Origin: Basidiobolus meristosporus CBS 931.73
Lineage: Eukaryota; Fungi; Basidiobolomycota
Assembly: GCA_002104905.1 (NCBI GenBank)
Contig: MCFE01000331.1
Coordinates: 29,075 to 93,074 of the forward strand
Length of the DNA stretch: 64,000 nucleotides
Reading direction: 5' to 3'
Shown here: positions 63,301 through 64,000 of the stretch, one piece after another
How the letters are laid out: every line of letters starts with the position of its first letter
Position numbering within the stretch: position 1 is the first letter of the stretch
The notes under the pieces: model-generated
What the model saw: only the letters and a program-made list of their open reading frames with translations
The model's database searches: none
Told to the model about the DNA's origin: nothing
Translations under genes and position numbers: made by a program

Positions 63301-64000
63301 CTTCATTCTTACTGGCTGGGTAATACGGTTGATTATGTGGGAGTTCCCATCTGCTGTGGAGACTGAAGTTGATTTGGTAGGTTCCGAGTTGATTCCAGCT
63401 TTCAAAGCAAATTGCTCTGACATGTACTCATGCGATGCTCCTGAGTCAATCATGATCTTGGCAGGTACTCCATTGATTGCTCCATTCAGGTACAATAACT
63501 TCCCTGAGTTTGAAGTCATTTGGGACAAGTACTCTTCTGTCATATGGAAGGTGAGTTCCGAGTCTTCTTCAAGCTCATCTTCCTCATTATTGTGTTCATG
63601 GGATTCAATATGGTTGAAGGTTCTTGTTGGCTGGTGTCCATTTCTTCTCTGAGGGCAGTACTTTGCAATATGTCCCTGCTGGTGGCAATTGAAGCAAAGT
63701 CCTCTCTTCTTGCATTCTTCTGAGGAGGGATTCTTCTGCATAGCGTCTATTTCCATTGGTACTGCTTCTGATTGTCTTCTTTCATAATGATTATAGCCTT
63801 TCTGACTAGTCACTGTAGGCTTCCCAACTCCAAACATAGCTGAGTCATAGTCAATGGCAATCTTGATGGCTTCTTCAATAGTCTGAGGTCTTTGGTAATT
63901 GACTTCCTTGCGAGTTCTTTCTTTCAACCCATCAATAAAGTATTCAACTTGATCCAAGGGGTCCATTCTTTCAATTTGTCCAAGTAGACATCTGTACTCA
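60331..64000 (-). CDS. Ty3/gypsy Gag-Pol polyprotein, intact single frame (continues beyond the window)
   Basis: [51 protein letters not shown] and [19 protein letters not shown], and GPY/F-type WTGPFKI. No chromodomain. Confidence 0.97.
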   Translation of the reverse strand, partial: EYRCLLGQIERMDPLDQVEYFIDGLKERTRKEVNYQRPQTIEEAIKIAIDYDSAMFGVGKPTVTSQKGYNHYERRQSEAVPMEIDAMQKNPSSEECKKRGLCFNCHQQGHIAKYCPQRRNGHQPTRTFNHIESHEHNNEEDELEEDSELTFHMTEEYLSQMTSNSGKLLYLNGAINGVPAKIMIDSGASHEYMSEQFALKAGINSEPTKSTSVSTADGNSHIINRITQPVRMKINDYEEDLQAYIFGNCKFDLVLGKTWLFCRNPSINWRTHATQIQKDNKTYELLPARLDFNLVNSSVCETSELSKTQFCRALRKGTQMFLMAVLQEDSSIPAPQQVQTLLKKYSDVFPDELVSLPPVRDVDHAIDTGDSPPVSKTPYRMSPLELEEMKKQIDQLLEQGYIRPSKSPWGAPVLFVKKKDGTLRMCIDYRALNSVTVKNKYPIPRIDELLDQLNGATIFSKIDLMSGYNQIRVKPEDIPKTAFRTRYGHYEYLVMSFGLTNAPATFMTLMQTVFQEYLDKFVIIYLDDILIYSKTEKDHMVHIEKVLKKLRENKLYGKLAKCEFFKEHVEYLGHIVTSTGVTLDPKKVEVIKNLKQPHSISELRSFLGMVSYYRRFVKSFASIAAPLTDILKKDNTYKWDIACETAFQTLKNELAKLPSLRIPDFRKEFTLCTDASDYAIGGVLSQEHEGKDYPVAFESKKLNSAEQNYPVHEKEMLAIIHCLKTWRCYIEGVKCTVKTDHASLKYIFTQKVLSRRMTRWSEYIQQFDLEIVYCPGKNNTVVDALSRLDQVAQLNLVHESDWPSLLPKYLEDQAIPNEVDEDIKKIIRDEASKFVVQDETLYRIVDGSPIAYCPYVARLDLIHKLHNGYGHLGIEGTYSLVKARAWWPRMKQDIEKLVKTCPNCQINQGQPQRIAKLFPLEPVRPFERWGIDFIGRLPTTRKCNRWILVAIDHATKWPVAKAVPIASEQEVASFIYHEILMKFGCPVEILSDRGANFMAKTLEAYLEMQQIRHLKTSAYHPRTNGVTERFNGLFGKMLTKYANGVVSRWDEYIDQALFACRVRVHNTTQQSPFYLVYGCEPRIPGDLTQPKLTDTLEDELSQPSRHQQLEQRRQEAQTKVSQSAEKMKQRFDKTIAPEALTVGNFVLLRNNTRKKFEPQWTGPFKIIRECPFATYQLVDKQGNIREDLVHRDRLKLARLADNTEPSRYWYHKKRDSGEPSQL

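Noticed and set aside
61076-63723. Recurrent short antisense or alternate-frame ORFs in gypsy copies (also 42354-43103, 48798-49882)
   Set aside because: By-products of the conserved gag-pol sequence, with no independent coding signal.
1-64000. CRISPR arrays, rRNA or tRNA genes, prokaryotic operons
   Set aside because: No repeat-spacer arrays or recognisable structural RNA genes were seen by eye; the context is eukaryotic.

Overview
Eukaryotic (most likely fungal, intron-rich) genomic window with two compartments. Bases 1 to ~5,400 are CpG-rich and hold host genes with short GT-AG introns: a partial unknown gene (+), an Stc1-domain zinc-finger gene (-), and a multi-exon gene (-) that, once spliced, encodes a CCHC knuckle plus a UPF1-CH/ZnF-UBP-like Cys/His cluster. 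From ~5,400 to the end the DNA is strongly CpG-depleted and almost entirely nested transposons. These include a Ty3/gypsy family in several age classes (one intact gag-pol at the right edge), Ty1/copia remnants and solo LTRs, and four copies of a CMC/EnSpm (CACTA-like) DNA transposon. There are also two PHIS/Harbinger-type elements with AG..CT ends and ANT target duplications, and two ~720 bp fold-back MITEs related to them. The most unusual items are: (1) a ~1.55 kb intronless D5-type primase-helicase fragment of giant-virus type sitting inside one CACTA-like copy at a site that is empty in another copy; (2) a second AT-rich foreign-looking ORF block at ~38.3-39.5 kb; (3) fold-back MITEs whose two arms appear to evolve in concert; (4) candidate RNA-silencing-related host genes at the boundary of the repeat block. 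All coordinates, splice models and family assignments were made by eye, without database searches.
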